Positions 42,401-52,330 are shown, counted from the first letter of the stretch. The stretch: 64,000 nt of DNA from an uncultured Actinomycetota bacterium (GCA_963816385.1 CAWFKL010000007.1:1009-65008); one strand, 5' to 3'. Notes: a model not told the origin generated them from the sequence alone. Program-made: numbers and translations.

Positions 42401-43437
42401 TGCGGAGCGAAGACCCGGTGCTGCTCGGCGGCGGAGAGCCGACCGTAGAGCGGCACGACCTCCGTGACCGGCAGCCTCATCCCGCTCAGCGCGTCGGCCG
42501 CGTCACGTATCTCCCGCTCGCCGGAGAAGAAGACGAGGATGTCGCTGCTGGTGCCGGAGTGCCGCTCGGTCCACAGCTCCTCGACGGCATCGCACACGCC
42601 GGTGACCATGTCGCGTTCCTCGTCCTCCGGTCTGTCGGGGTCGACGAGAGGGCGGTAGCGGATCTCGACGGGAAAGGTGCGCCCGGACACCTCGATGATC
42701 GGCGCTGGCTGCCCGCTCGACGGGTCGGCGAAGTGGTCGGCGAAACGCTGCGGGTCGATCGTCGCCGAGGTGATGATCACCTTGAGCTCGGGACGCCGCG
42801 GGAGGAGCTGTCTCAGGTAGCCGAGGATGAAGTCGATGTTGAGGCTGCGCTCGTGGGCCTCGTCGATGATGATCGTGTCATAGCGACGCAGCTCGCGGTC
42901 CCGCTGCATCTCGGCCAGCAGGATCCCGTCGGTCATGACCTTGACGAGCGTGTCGCGGCTGCTCTGGTCGCTGAAGCGCACCTGGTAGCCCACGGTCGTG
43001 CCCAGCTCGACGCCGAGCTCGTCGCTGAGCCGCTCGGCCACCGCACGGGCGGCGATGCGGCGTGGTTGCGTGTGACCGATGACGCCGTCGAGGCCACGGC
43101 CGAGCTCGAGGCAGATCTTCGGGATCTGGGTGGTCTTGCCCGAGCCGGTCTCGCCCGCGATCACCACGACCTGGTGGTCGCGGATGGCAGTGGCGATGTC
43201 GTCGCGCCGGTCGACGACGGGCAGGTGCTCGGGATAGGTGATCGGCGGGACGGTCGCGGCGCGAGCGGCCCGGCGTGCCGCTCGCTGCCCGGGCGTCAGC
43301 GACCGCCGCTCACGCGGGACGCGATGACCCGCGGAGGCGCGCCCGCCCTCGGCCGCCGTTTGGACCGACCGCGGTCGGCGGCCTCCCCTGCGTCGACCGC
43401 CCGCGCGGGCGCGCGGGGTCGGGGTCTCCTCGGGCAT
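39453..43437 (-). CDS. hrpA: ATP-dependent RNA helicase HrpA (DEAH box). Apparent +1 frameshift at the C3 run 42085-42087.
   Basis: ORF 41455-43569 carries [24 protein letters not shown] and QRSGRCGR, running to ...[11 protein letters not shown] 39453-42056 continues (LGDIARFPF)[22 protein letters not shown]... with the HA2/OB and HrpA C-terminal regions. The ATG is at 43437. The merged length is 3985 nt, which is 3n+1. Confidence 0.92.
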
Positions 43438-43635
43438 GACCGTCAGGATAGGTGGCCCAGCCAGGAGGGGGCGCCCCGGTTTCGTCGAGGAGACGAGCCC
43501 CACGGGTGCCCGCTGGTACGCGGGCGAGGAACCGCTCACCGCGCGAGGATCGGGAGGATGGCCCACCAACCGTCGCCTGGCCCGCGGGGCGCGATGGTTG
43601 GATGGGCGTTACAGCGACCGAATCCAGGGGTACCA

Positions 43636-44414
43636 GTGAGCGACACCCGTCCGGGGCTTCCCGACCCGCAGCAGGACCGCCATGTCGCCTTCCCCGACCT
43701 GGGCGCGGACTCGGCGGCCCCTGGCAACCGTTCGAGCTCCAGTGCGAATGGGTCGCCACCCCCAGCGCCTGCCGGGCCCGCCCTGCCTCCCGATGCCTGG
43801 GCGCGCCGCGACTCCCGGCCGGCCGCCTCGGCACCGCGGCAGACGGCGCAGCCACCCATCCTCCACCAGCCCTCGACACGTCCGCCGCGGACGCCACGCC
43901 GGCGCTGGATTCCGACCCTGGCGATCATCGCGATCTTCATCGCCATGGGCCACGCCAACGACCACGGCGGCCGGGGCATGCATGCTCCCGACGGCAGCTA
44001 CTCGCAGCAGGAGTGGAGTGGTAGCGATCCCGACGATGTCTACGACGCGAGCAACTGACGGCTGGGTCACGGTGACCAGCGCCCCCGTGAGCGCATCGCT
44101 CGTTGCGCCGACCACGAAGGCCTCGCCGGTCCCCTCGGGAACGACCGTCCTTCGAGTCGAGGTCGTCAGCATGTCGCCCGAGTCGGTGACGGTGCAGGTG
44201 ACGAATGACAGCGGCCTCTACGACGAGGTCGACAAGCGCCGCCACACCCCTGGGGCGTGAGGTCCACGTCGGCAACAGCTCCAACCGTCTCGACGTCATG
44301 GTCAGGGGCGATTCCAGCGGCGCGACGGATCTGCAGTGCCGGCTATACGCGGGCAAGACGCTGGTGGCACTCTCGACCGGCCCGGTCGAGGTCTCCTGCT
44401 CCGCAACCTGGTGA
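43636..44414 (+). CDS. Hypothetical single-pass membrane protein (Pro-rich cytoplasmic N-terminus, TM, beta-rich C-terminal domain) split by two +1 frame steps near 44045 and 44230
   Basis: Frame 1 runs from the GTG at 43636: VSDTRPGLPDPQQDRH...RRRWIPTLAIIAIFIAMGHAN...DPDDVYDAS. Frame 2 reads ATDGWVTVTSAPVSASLVAPTTKASPVPSGTTVLRVEVVSMSPESVTVQVTNDSGLYDEVDK. Frame 3 reads ...GREVHVGNSSNRLDVMVRGDSSGATDLQCRLYAGKTLVALSTGPVEVSCSATW. The merged length is 779 nt, which is 3n+2. I do not recognise a family. Confidence 0.5.
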
Positions 44415-44442
44415 TCTCCCTGCGGAGGCGAGTGACAGGAGC

Positions 44443-45714
44443 CTAAATGTCGCCAGCGTCGCTTGACGCGCGAGAGGCCTTGCGTCGCTTGTTGATCGCG
44501 ATGCGTGCCGCCATGGCCTTCTCGAAGGCCAGGTGCCAGAAGCGGCTGAGGACGAGCTCGCGCTCTCCCACCATCTCGACGACGTCCGCGCCGGCACCGA
44601 GCTTGAAGAGCAGCAGACCGGTGAGCGGGCTCGTGGCCCCGAGGGAGGTGTTGAAGCCGCGGAAGTCGTAGGCCTCGCAGCCGGCCGCGGCGGCATCCTG
44701 GATGGCCTGCCACTGCAGGGCGTTCGATGCCCGGGCATCGCGGTTGCGCTCCGTGGAGCCGCCGTAGAGGTAGGAGAAGGTGCGGCCGAAGCGGATCATC
44801 AGGGCGGAGGCGAGCACATCGCCGTCGACGTGCGCCTCGTAGAACCTCGCCTGCACGGGGCCGTCGGCACCGTCGGTCATGAACGAGCGGGCCATGAGGT
44901 CGAAGTAGGCCTTCGGCCGCGGCAGGAAGTTGTCGCGGCCGGCCGACTCGACGTAGAGGTCGTAGAAGGTGTCGAGCCCCTCGGCGAGCGACGTCCGCAC
45001 CTCCACCCCTGCCTTCTCGGCCTTCTTGATGTTGCGACGCCACTGCTGGTTCATCGAGCGCAGCAGCTCGGCGGCCGTGCGACCGCGCAGGTCGACGACA
45101 CAGAGCAGGCGCGGTTGGCCGACAGCCACTCCGTCGCCGCCGATCGAGAGCCACCTGTTGGCGTCGAGCCACGCCTCGAGTCGCCGGGCAACGGGGTTGT
45201 CGAAGGCGCTCGGCATCGCCGTGAAGCTGAGGAGGCCACCCTCGGCGACCTGCTTCTTGACGGGCTCGCGATCCCAGATGCGCGACACCACGGGAAAGCC
45301 GAGGCGCAGCGCGAAGGCCCCGTCGCCCTTGGCCCAGGCGACGAGTGGGTCGAGCCACGCCTGCGGATCGGCGGCCACGACGTCCCAGGGCAGGGCCGGG
45401 CCCTCCGGCAGGTAGGCGTAGGACCGCCGCAGGCGCGGGATGCTGCGGGACAGGACGAGACCGGCCCCGACTCGTTGCCCGTCCGCGTCGAACCAGCCGA
45501 GGTGCACGCGACGCCAGCCCTGCTTCGACCGCGCCCAGTTGGGGGTCTGCAGGAAGCTGCCGCCCAGCTCGAGCAGGGTCGCGGTCGCCTCGTCGGCGGT
45601 CACGGGACGCACGGTCAACGGCAGACGCGGCGATCGCCGGGCGGCGTCGGCGTCCGCGGGCTCGGCCGTCGTGCTCGGCCCCGCGGTCGGGGTCTGCTCA
45701 GTCATGGCGGCCAC
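44443..45714 (-). CDS. FemAB-family peptidoglycan-bridge aminoacyltransferase
   Basis: Intact 423-aa ORF with ...FLQTPNWARSKQGWRRVHLGWFD...NQQWRRNIKKAEKAGVEVR...FYDLYVESAGRDNFLPRPKAYFDLM...YLYGGSTERNRDARASNALQWQAIQDAAAAGCEAYDFRG..., which resembles the FemAB/FemX pattern. Confidence 0.8.
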   Translation of the reverse strand: MAAMTEQTPTAGPSTTAEPADADAARRSPRLPLTVRPVTADEATATLLELGGSFLQTPNWARSKQGWRRVHLGWFDADGQRVGAGLVLSRSIPRLRRSYAYLPEGPALPWDVVAADPQAWLDPLVAWAKGDGAFALRLGFPVVSRIWDREPVKKQVAEGGLLSFTAMPSAFDNPVARRLEAWLDANRWLSIGGDGVAVGQPRLLCVVDLRGRTAAELLRSMNQQWRRNIKKAEKAGVEVRTSLAEGLDTFYDLYVESAGRDNFLPRPKAYFDLMARSFMTDGADGPVQARFYEAHVDGDVLASALMIRFGRTFSYLYGGSTERNRDARASNALQWQAIQDAAAAGCEAYDFRGFNTSLGATSPLTGLLLFKLGAGADVVEMVGERELVLSRFWHLAFEKAMAARIAINKRRKASRASSDAGDI

Positions 45715-45715
45715 C

Positions 45716-46278
45716 CTATCGACGCGGGCTCAGGACTCGGACCGGGCGGCGGAGCCGCCGGCCGCGACCGACCACCGCACCTGCGCGGGTCGTGCGGCGG
45801 ATCCACCAGAGTCCGACGAGGGGCAGCAGGAGCGGCACGTAGCCGTAGCCCGAGCCGAAGTGCGACCAGACGGTCTTGTCGGGGAAGGCCGACGGGACGG
45901 CATACGAGATGGCGCCGACGACGAGCACGCCGACGAGCTCGACGGTGAGCGCGATGGTGGCGAGCCGCACGGAGGTGCGGTCGCCGCGGGCGAGTCCCAC
46001 CGTCGCGACGATGTAGATGACCGCGGCCAGGGCAGAGAGCACGTAGGAGACCGGGGCGCGGTCGAAGTACTCGGTCATCTGCAGGATCGAGCGGCCGGTC
46101 GCGGCCAGCGCGAGCAGGCCGTAGACGGCGACGAGCACGCGGCCGAACCCGTGCCCGGTGTGCGGCTGCTCGACCGACGGCTCCGCGGACCGCTGGGACG
46201 ACGGCCCGTCCGAGCGCTGGGACGACTGCTCGGCGGCCGCTGGGACGACGGCTCGGCCGGCGGCGACTGCTCAGACAT
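45716..46278 (-). CDS. Hypothetical 4-TM membrane protein with a Ser/Pro/Gln-rich repeat N-terminus. Frame change near 46215.
   Basis: ORF 45716-46138 is the TM core (...LVAVYGLLALAATGRSILQM...YIVATVGLA...VELVGVLVVGAISYAV...VPLLLPLVGLWWI). The ATG at 46278 (MSEQSPPAEPSSQRPP...) joins it if one base is restored in ccgccgagcag. The merged length is 563 nt, which is 3n+2. The stop lies 1 nt before the FemAB start. Confidence 0.55.
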
Positions 46279-46633
46279 GCGTGCTCCAGATCTGCTGCAG
46301 CCGGGCGACGAGGATGGCCACCACGAGCGCTCCCCCGAGCACGACGGCCATCGCCCACTGCGTCTTCTCCTTGATGGCGATGACGACGGTGACGGGGATG
46401 ACCACGAGCACCGTGAAGAGGTACGCGATGAAGGTGGCTCTCTCGGCGCCGTCGGCGATGGCGGACGCGCGGCTCAGTCCGACCACGAGCTGCACGAGCA
46501 GGGCCACCTCGATGGCCGCTCCGGTGAGCACGATGGGGTCGTCCACGAGCCGGCGTCGCAGCAGGTGGTGGCCGGCCAGCACGGCGAGCAGTCCGGTCCC
46601 GGCGAGGACGGCCAGCGTGAGCGGTTGCAGCAC
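46271..46633 (-). CDS. Hypothetical 4-TM small membrane protein
   Basis: Starting from the GTG at 46633, the sequence is VLQPLTLAVLAGTGLLAVLAGHHLL...AAIEVALLVQLVVGL...TFIAYLFTVLVVIPVTVVIAI...AMAVVLGGALVVAILVARL. Its 3' end overlaps the next gene's ATG by 8 nt (ATGTCTGA). The upstream part of track ORF 46271-46978 looks non-coding. Confidence 0.5.
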   Translation of the reverse strand: MLQPLTLAVLAGTGLLAVLAGHHLLRRRLVDDPIVLTGAAIEVALLVQLVVGLSRASAIADGAERATFIAYLFTVLVVIPVTVVIAIKEKTQWAMAVVLGGALVVAILVARLQQIWSTHV

Positions 46634-46859
46634 GCGCCGAATCCTACGTGGTGGCGTTGGGACCGCCGCGCCGCGGGAGGACCTCGCGCCCGGGTCGGCG
46701 GCACAGGGTACTTTGCACCGAGGCGGGGCCTGCCCGCGATCGCGGACCAGGCGCTCCGCCGCCCCGTCAGGAGCCACCAGCCACCCGAGCACGCACCACC
46801 CAGCCACCCAGCCACCCAGGCACGCAGCCGCACAACCACCCAGCCGTAGAGGAGCACCC

Positions 46860-48305
46860 GTGCCGATCCGCCCCATCGCCGTGGACCGCGCCGCAGGCGT
46901 GCTGCTCGGGCAGGCGTGCGGCGACGCGCTGGGGGTGCCGTACGAGATGGGTGCGCCGCCCGTCGGAGAGGCCGTCATGAAGGGCGGTGGCCTCGGGCCC
47001 TACGACCCGGGTGAGTGGAGCGACGACACCCAGATGACGCTCTGCGTCGCGCGGGTGGCGGCGACGGGCGCCGACCTCACGTCGCCGGACGCGCTGGACC
47101 AGATCGCGGACGCCTTCTCGGCCTGGCTCGCCGGGGGCGCGACCGCAGTCGGCACCCAGACCCGAGCCGTGCTGACCGAGGCGGCCACCCTGCCGGGCCG
47201 TCCGCACGAGCGGCTCGCGCGCGCCAGTGAGGACCTGCACGCGCACACCGGGCGCACCGCGGGCAACGGCGCGCTGATGCGCACCTCGATCGTGGGGCTC
47301 GCCTGCGTGGCTGACCGGCATGCGACGGCCCAGGCCGCGCGGGCCGTGGCCGAGCTGACCCACGCGGACCCGTTGGCGAGCGACTCCTCCGTGCTGTGGT
47401 CGGAGGCGATACGGCTCGCCGTCACCGAGGGACGTCTGGACCTGGCGGCCGGCCTCGACCTCGTCCGACCTACGCACGTGCACCGCTGGGGCGACTGGAT
47501 CGAGGAGGCGACCGCCGCCGATCCCCGTCAGTTCCCCAACAACGGCTACACCGTGACCGCTCTGCAGGCAGCGTGGGCCGCCATCACCTCGACCGACCGC
47601 CACGACGCCTCCGCCATGCACCTCCAGCGCGGGCTCCAGGCCGCCGTGCGCGCCGGCCACGACACCGACACGGTGGCGGCCATCGCCGGCTCGCTGCTCG
47701 GCGCCCGCTACGGCGCCTCGGCGGTGCCGTCGCAGTGGCGACGCATGGTCCACGGGTGGCCCGGCCTCCGGGCGCACGACCTCGTGGAGCTGGCCGTCTC
47801 GACGTACGCCGGTGGACGCCGTCACGGGCAGTGGCCCTCCGTGGCCACGATGCGCGACTCGGACATCCCCCTGCTGGGCCTCGCGCATCCCATCGACCCG
47901 GACATCGTGCTCGGCACGATCTCGGACCTGTCCCGCGTGCAGGAACTGGGCGTGCACGCCGTCGTGTCGCTCTGCGCGCTGGGCCTGCAGGACATCCCCG
48001 CCGACGGCATCTCGCACCGGGACCACATCGAGTTCTGGATCAACGACGACGACGAGGAGGAGTCCAACCCGCACCTCGACTTCGTGCTCGACGACGTCTC
48101 GTCGGCGCTGCGCCAGTTCCGCGCCGAGGGCAAGCGGGTGCTCGTCCACTGCCGTGAGGGCGGTCAGCGCACACCCGCCGCGGCGCTGCGGTATGCCGTG
48201 GACCTCGGCGTCGCGCCAGAGCTGGCGGAGCGCTCCATCCGCGAGGCAATGCCGCACATCCGGGCAGAGGGCCGCCTCTGGCAGGTTGCCGGGCACGGCG
48301 CCTGA
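46860..48305 (+). CDS. ADP-ribosylglycohydrolase (ARH/DraG-like) domain fused to a C-terminal dual-specificity/Tyr-phosphatase-like domain (HCX5R)
   Basis: The GTG at 46860 has GAGGAG 5 nt upstream. The N-terminal domain reads DRAAGVLLGQACGDALGVPYEMG...GEWSDDTQM...GNGALMR...GHDTDTVAAIAGSLLGARYG. The C-terminal domain reads ...GVHAVVSLCALG...RVLVHCREGGQRTPAAALRY (P-loop C-x5-R-T). It is intact from the chosen start. Confidence 0.8.
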   Translation: MPIRPIAVDRAAGVLLGQACGDALGVPYEMGAPPVGEAVMKGGGLGPYDPGEWSDDTQMTLCVARVAATGADLTSPDALDQIADAFSAWLAGGATAVGTQTRAVLTEAATLPGRPHERLARASEDLHAHTGRTAGNGALMRTSIVGLACVADRHATAQAARAVAELTHADPLASDSSVLWSEAIRLAVTEGRLDLAAGLDLVRPTHVHRWGDWIEEATAADPRQFPNNGYTVTALQAAWAAITSTDRHDASAMHLQRGLQAAVRAGHDTDTVAAIAGSLLGARYGASAVPSQWRRMVHGWPGLRAHDLVELAVSTYAGGRRHGQWPSVATMRDSDIPLLGLAHPIDPDIVLGTISDLSRVQELGVHAVVSLCALGLQDIPADGISHRDHIEFWINDDDEEESNPHLDFVLDDVSSALRQFRAEGKRVLVHCREGGQRTPAAALRYAVDLGVAPELAERSIREAMPHIRAEGRLWQVAGHGA

Positions 48306-48341
48306 GACGTGGCGCCGCCACCGGGCGGCTACGGTGGCGGA

Positions 48342-48803
48342 ATGGGTCACATCGACCACCGCAAGCTCGCGGCCGAGCTCTACAACGCCACGTGGGAGCT
48401 GCTCGACCTGGATCGCCGTTCGGAGCAGGACGACGACGCGATGCTCGCGACGGCGTACGCGTCGTTCTACCACTGGAGCCGCTACGACGGCGTCCGGCCG
48501 GAGAACCTCGGGCGCGGTCACTGGCTCTGCTCGCGCGTCCACGCCGTGCTCGGCCAGGCCGATCTCGCAGCGCACCATGCGGGTCGCTACGTCTCGATCG
48601 CCGAGGCCGGCAACCTGGAGGACTGGGACCTGGCGGCCGCTCTCGAGGCCGCAGCGCGCGCAGCGGCCGTCGGCGGGGACTTCGACGCGGCCGAGGCGCT
48701 CGAGCTGAAGGCGCGTGAGCAGCTCGCCCTCGTCAGGGACGCCGAGGACCGGGCGGTCGTCGAGGCGGACCTCGACACACTGCCTCGCCGCCCTGACGCC
48801 TGA
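48342..48803 (+). CDS. Hypothetical all-helical (TPR-like) protein
   Basis: Starting from the ATG at 48342, the sequence is MGHIDHRKLAAELYNATWELLDLDRRSEQDDDAMLATAYASFYHWSRYDG...GRGHWLCSRVHAVLGQADLAAHHA...EDWDLAAALEAAARAAA.... It starts 37 nt after the ARH-phosphatase gene. I recognise the general pattern from other bacterial hypotheticals but cannot name a family. Confidence 0.55.
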   Translation: MGHIDHRKLAAELYNATWELLDLDRRSEQDDDAMLATAYASFYHWSRYDGVRPENLGRGHWLCSRVHAVLGQADLAAHHAGRYVSIAEAGNLEDWDLAAALEAAARAAAVGGDFDAAEALELKAREQLALVRDAEDRAVVEADLDTLPRRPDA

Positions 48804-48885
48804 CACCGCTGACGCCTGACGCCTGACCCGCTCGGGCGCGATACCTTGGCCGCCGCCTCACCGGCCAGGCCCGGGGCGCTGTCGG

Positions 48886-51800
48886 TCAGACCGCCTTGGC
48901 CTCGTCGACGTAGCGACACAGGGCGTTGACCGCTCGCAGGTCCTCGGGCGTGTGCACCTCGGCGTCGAGGAGCAGCGGACTGGCGACGACGACGGCCATG
49001 GCCTTGGCTCGCGAGACGGCGACGTTGAGCCGGTGCAGGTCGTAGAGGAAACCGATGCCCCGAGGCGCGAGGGCCGCGCTCGTGCTGCCCATCGTGTAGA
49101 TCACGACCGCGCCCTGCTGGCCCTGGAACTTGTCGACGGTGCCGACGCGCGCGCCCGTAGGGAGTGCGCGAAGCAGGGCCGCGACGTGTGCGTTGTAGGG
49201 CGCGACGACGAGCACGTCGTCGAGTGTGAAGGGAGCCGTGACGCCCTCGGCGTCGGTCCACTGCCCTTTGAGCAGGTCGTCGACGAGCGTGCGCACCACC
49301 GTGGCCTCCTCGCTGCTCGCCTGGTCGCAGGCCACCGAGTGCCGCACGGGCACCCAGCGGAGCCCGTCGCCCGAGAGGGCGCCCGGCGCGACGACCGAGA
49401 GTCGCTCCCGCCCGGGGGCGGACTCGAGTCGCCCCTCGTAGGCGAGCTCGGAGACGAAGGCGGTCAGCGACGGATGCATGCGATGGGTGCGGTCGAGGAA
49501 GATGCCGCGGTCGGCCGGGATGACGTCGTGGACGAGCTCGTTGGCACCCACGACCTCGGTGCGCAGGTGGTCCAGCGCCGACACTCCGGACCCGTAGGGG
49601 TGGACGGCCTTGGTGGGTTGGGTCAGCTGCTGCGGGTCGCCGAGCAGCACGAGCGACCGGGCTGCCGGGGCCACGGCCACGGCGTTCGCGAGCGAGAACT
49701 GCCCTGCCTCGTCGATGACGAGCACGTCGACGGCGTCGACCATGTCGGCGCGGGACCAGAGCCACGCTGTGCCGCCGACGAGGGTCGCCGCACCGGTTGC
49801 GAGCGCGTGCGCGATCGCGGCGTTGTCGCCGGTGTGCCGGATCAGGGCGTGCGGGTCGGGCTCCTGCGCCCCCTCCTCCGCGTTGGTGCCGTCCTTGTGC
49901 CACGCCGGGCGGCCGACACCCTGGAGCAGGTTGAGCACCACGGCGTGCGACTGCGCCGTGACCCCCACCCGCAGCCCGGCGTCGAGCAGTTCGCGGATCA
50001 GGGCGGAGCCAGCGAAGGTCTTGCCCGTACCGGGCGGGCCCTGCACGGCCAGCACCTCTCCATCGAGCGCACGGCCCACCCGGACGACGGCCTGTGTCGG
50101 GCTCTCGCCGGGCCGGGGCGCCAGGACCTCTGCGGACGGCACGACGCGCTCGACGAGTCGGGTCGCCAGGTTGCCGCCGCCGGCGAGGGCGAGCCGCCCC
50201 GTGCGGGCGATGCTCTCGCGCAGGACCTGGTCCATGACCGGCCCCGGACCGCCCAGGCCACGCGGACGGGGAGGGTCGAGGGACTTCTTCATCGACAGCT
50301 CGATCCAGCCCTCGACTGCGTCGAGGGCGACGACCTTGCCCACCGGTGCGTGGGTGTCCACGTCGGGGACGTACTTGCCGGTGGAGACCTTGCAGTCCTG
50401 CGGCGGGAAGGGGTAGCGCCAGACTCTGGAGAGCTTGACGAGCCCGACCTCGTGCGGCTCACCGAGGCCACCTACCGCTGTGCCGTCCTCGATCAGCTCA
50501 GCGGTCTCCATCTCCTTGTAGCGGAAGAAGTCCCACCACTCTGGCCGCTTCTCGCGGCGGTGCCAGCCGACGAGGCCGGCCAGCAGCTCGTGGCCGTCGT
50601 CAACGAGGTGCTCGGCGAGCTCGATCTCGGCACGCTCGGCGTCGCCGATCTCACGTAGCCGCTCAGGCACCGGCCGGGAGAGCGTGTGGCCCGAGGCCTC
50701 GAGCTCGTGCCCGTCGCTCCTCGAGCCACTCGTGCAGGGCGAGCGTGGACCGCACGTCCTCCTCGTTGTAGCGCCGGATGTCGTCGAGGATCGTCTGGTC
50801 GGCGGCGTCGTCGTCGCGGCCCGCGAGCCAGCGCTCGTACTCCACGACGGAGGAGAGCCCGTCGGCGACGCCGGCACCGTCGGACGCGCGGGTGTGGCCC
50901 CAGTAGAACTCCTCGAGCTTCTTGATGGAGTAGGAGCCCTTGCTGATGCGCACGCCCTGCCGCACCACGGCGTAGAGGTCGACGAACACCTCGTGCCGGA
51001 GCAGCTGGTCGAGCTCGGCCTCGCGCGTCGCGTGCTGCCCGACGAGCCGCTTGAGCGCCGTCGTCTCGTAGGGCGCGTAGTGGTAGACGTGCATCTCGGG
51101 GTGGGCGGCCCAGCGCCGGGTCAGCCAGTCGAGCAGCGCCGTCGTCAGCCGACCCTCCTCGGCGAAGTCGTGGGCCCAGAAGTCGACGAACTCGCCCTGC
51201 CTGGTCCAGATGCCGGCGAGGTACTCCCGCCCCGCTCCGCCCTCGGCCCAGGGGTCTCCCTCGAAGTCGAGATAGACGTCGCCCGCGTCGGGCTCGGGCA
51301 GCATCTGCAGCCCGCGCGCCGGCTCCGGGGGCAGCAGCTCGAACTGGGCCCGGCCGGACTCGCGCTCGGCGAGCTGGAGCCGGGCCTGCGGCAGCAGCCG
51401 CCGTCGGGTCGCCACGGACAGCGCTGGGGCCACCTGCTCCTCGCGTCGACTCGGCGAGGGCGCGGAGGGTCGGGATGCCGAGGTCGATGAGCGCCGCACG
51501 GTGGTCGGAGCGCATGCCGGCGACCTGCACGAGGTCGTCGCCGTCGAGCCACTCCTGCGCGCAACGGTCCTTCCACCGGCACTGGCCACAGTGCTGGACC
51601 CGCGCCGACCGCGTCTCGCGCGGACTGGCGATGGCATCGAGCAGCTCCGCGCGACGCCGTCGGGCATACGGCGCGACGTCGACGAGTCGCCAGGGGTGCT
51701 GCTGCTGGTCGCCTGTCACGACGGTCAGCCACTGCGGCGGCACGCCTTGGAGCGTCTCGAGCCGGGCGGCATACGTCGCCATCTGCAGCAGGGCGGGCAC

Positions 51801-52238
51801 CTTGAGCCGGCGAGCCAGCTTGGTGTCGGCGATGTCGTAGCGCCAGCCGCCGAAGGCGCTGCGCTCCCCGTCGGGCAGCTCGACGCGCAGGAGGAAGTCG
51901 GCAAGCCCCACCCAGTGCCCGTCGAAGAAGGTCGCCTGGTAGACGACGTCGACGCCACGCCGCATCGCCTCGATGGTGGCGGCCTCGGCCGCGGCGCCCG
52001 TGAGCCCCAGCGCGGCGATGTCCTCGACGGCACGACCCTCGGCGATCAGCCGCCGCAGGTAGTCGTGCTCGTGGGCCAGGCCTTTCGTGAAGACGAGGTT
52101 GAGAGCGTCGTCGACACCGGTGGCACGTGACTGCCCCGAGTCGAGCGCCTCGAGGTCGAGGGTGGTGATGTGCGCGCAGGCCACGTGCTTGGTGAGGTCG
52201 GTCGGACTCAGCACGAGGTGGCCGTCGATGCGCTGCAT
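48886..52238 (-). CDS. RecB-like (PD-(D/E)xK, TM0106-type) nuclease fused to an SF1 DNA2/NAM7-like helicase, split by two +1 frame steps near 51425-51445 and 50690-50720
   Basis: Part 1, from the ATG at 52238: MQRIDGHLVLSPTDLTKHVACAHITTLD...WRYDIADTKLARR...HCGQCRWKDRC.... Part 2, ORF 50663-51667: ...DVYLDFEGDPW...YHYAPYETTALKRL...SYSIKKLE...YNEEDVRSTLALHEWL (RNase-H-like). Part 3, ORF 48886-50877: ...VQGPPGTGKTF...VLVIDEAGQ...LLGDPQQL...TVDKFQGQQ...NVAVSRAK. The merged length is 3353 nt, which is 3n+2. Confidence 0.85.
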
Positions 52239-52330
52239 GTCAGCGAGTATGCCGCCCGGCACCGACACTGCCCGGCGCCCCGGACACGGCGCGGCTGCCA
52301 TGGGCTCCGTCGTCCCGCTACCGTCGGCGC

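Noticed and set aside
41710-43635. First approximately 640 codons of the 782-aa plus-strand ORF 41710-44058
   Set aside because: This part is antisense to hrpA. Only the last approximately 140 codons, from the GTG at 43636, lie in the intergenic-plus-downstream region and look like a real gene.
46158-46859. N-terminal 234 codons of the 715-aa ORF 46158-48305
   Set aside because: This part overlaps two minus-strand membrane genes and the repeat-rich intergenic region. The ARH domain begins right after a GTG at 46860 that has a GAGGAG RBS.
46767-48806. 679-aa minus-strand ORF opposite the ARH-phosphatase gene, plus 59747-61348 and 61544-63118 opposite the aldolase-like and uricase genes
   Set aside because: These are antisense shadow ORFs with Arg/Gly/Asp-rich products and no domains.
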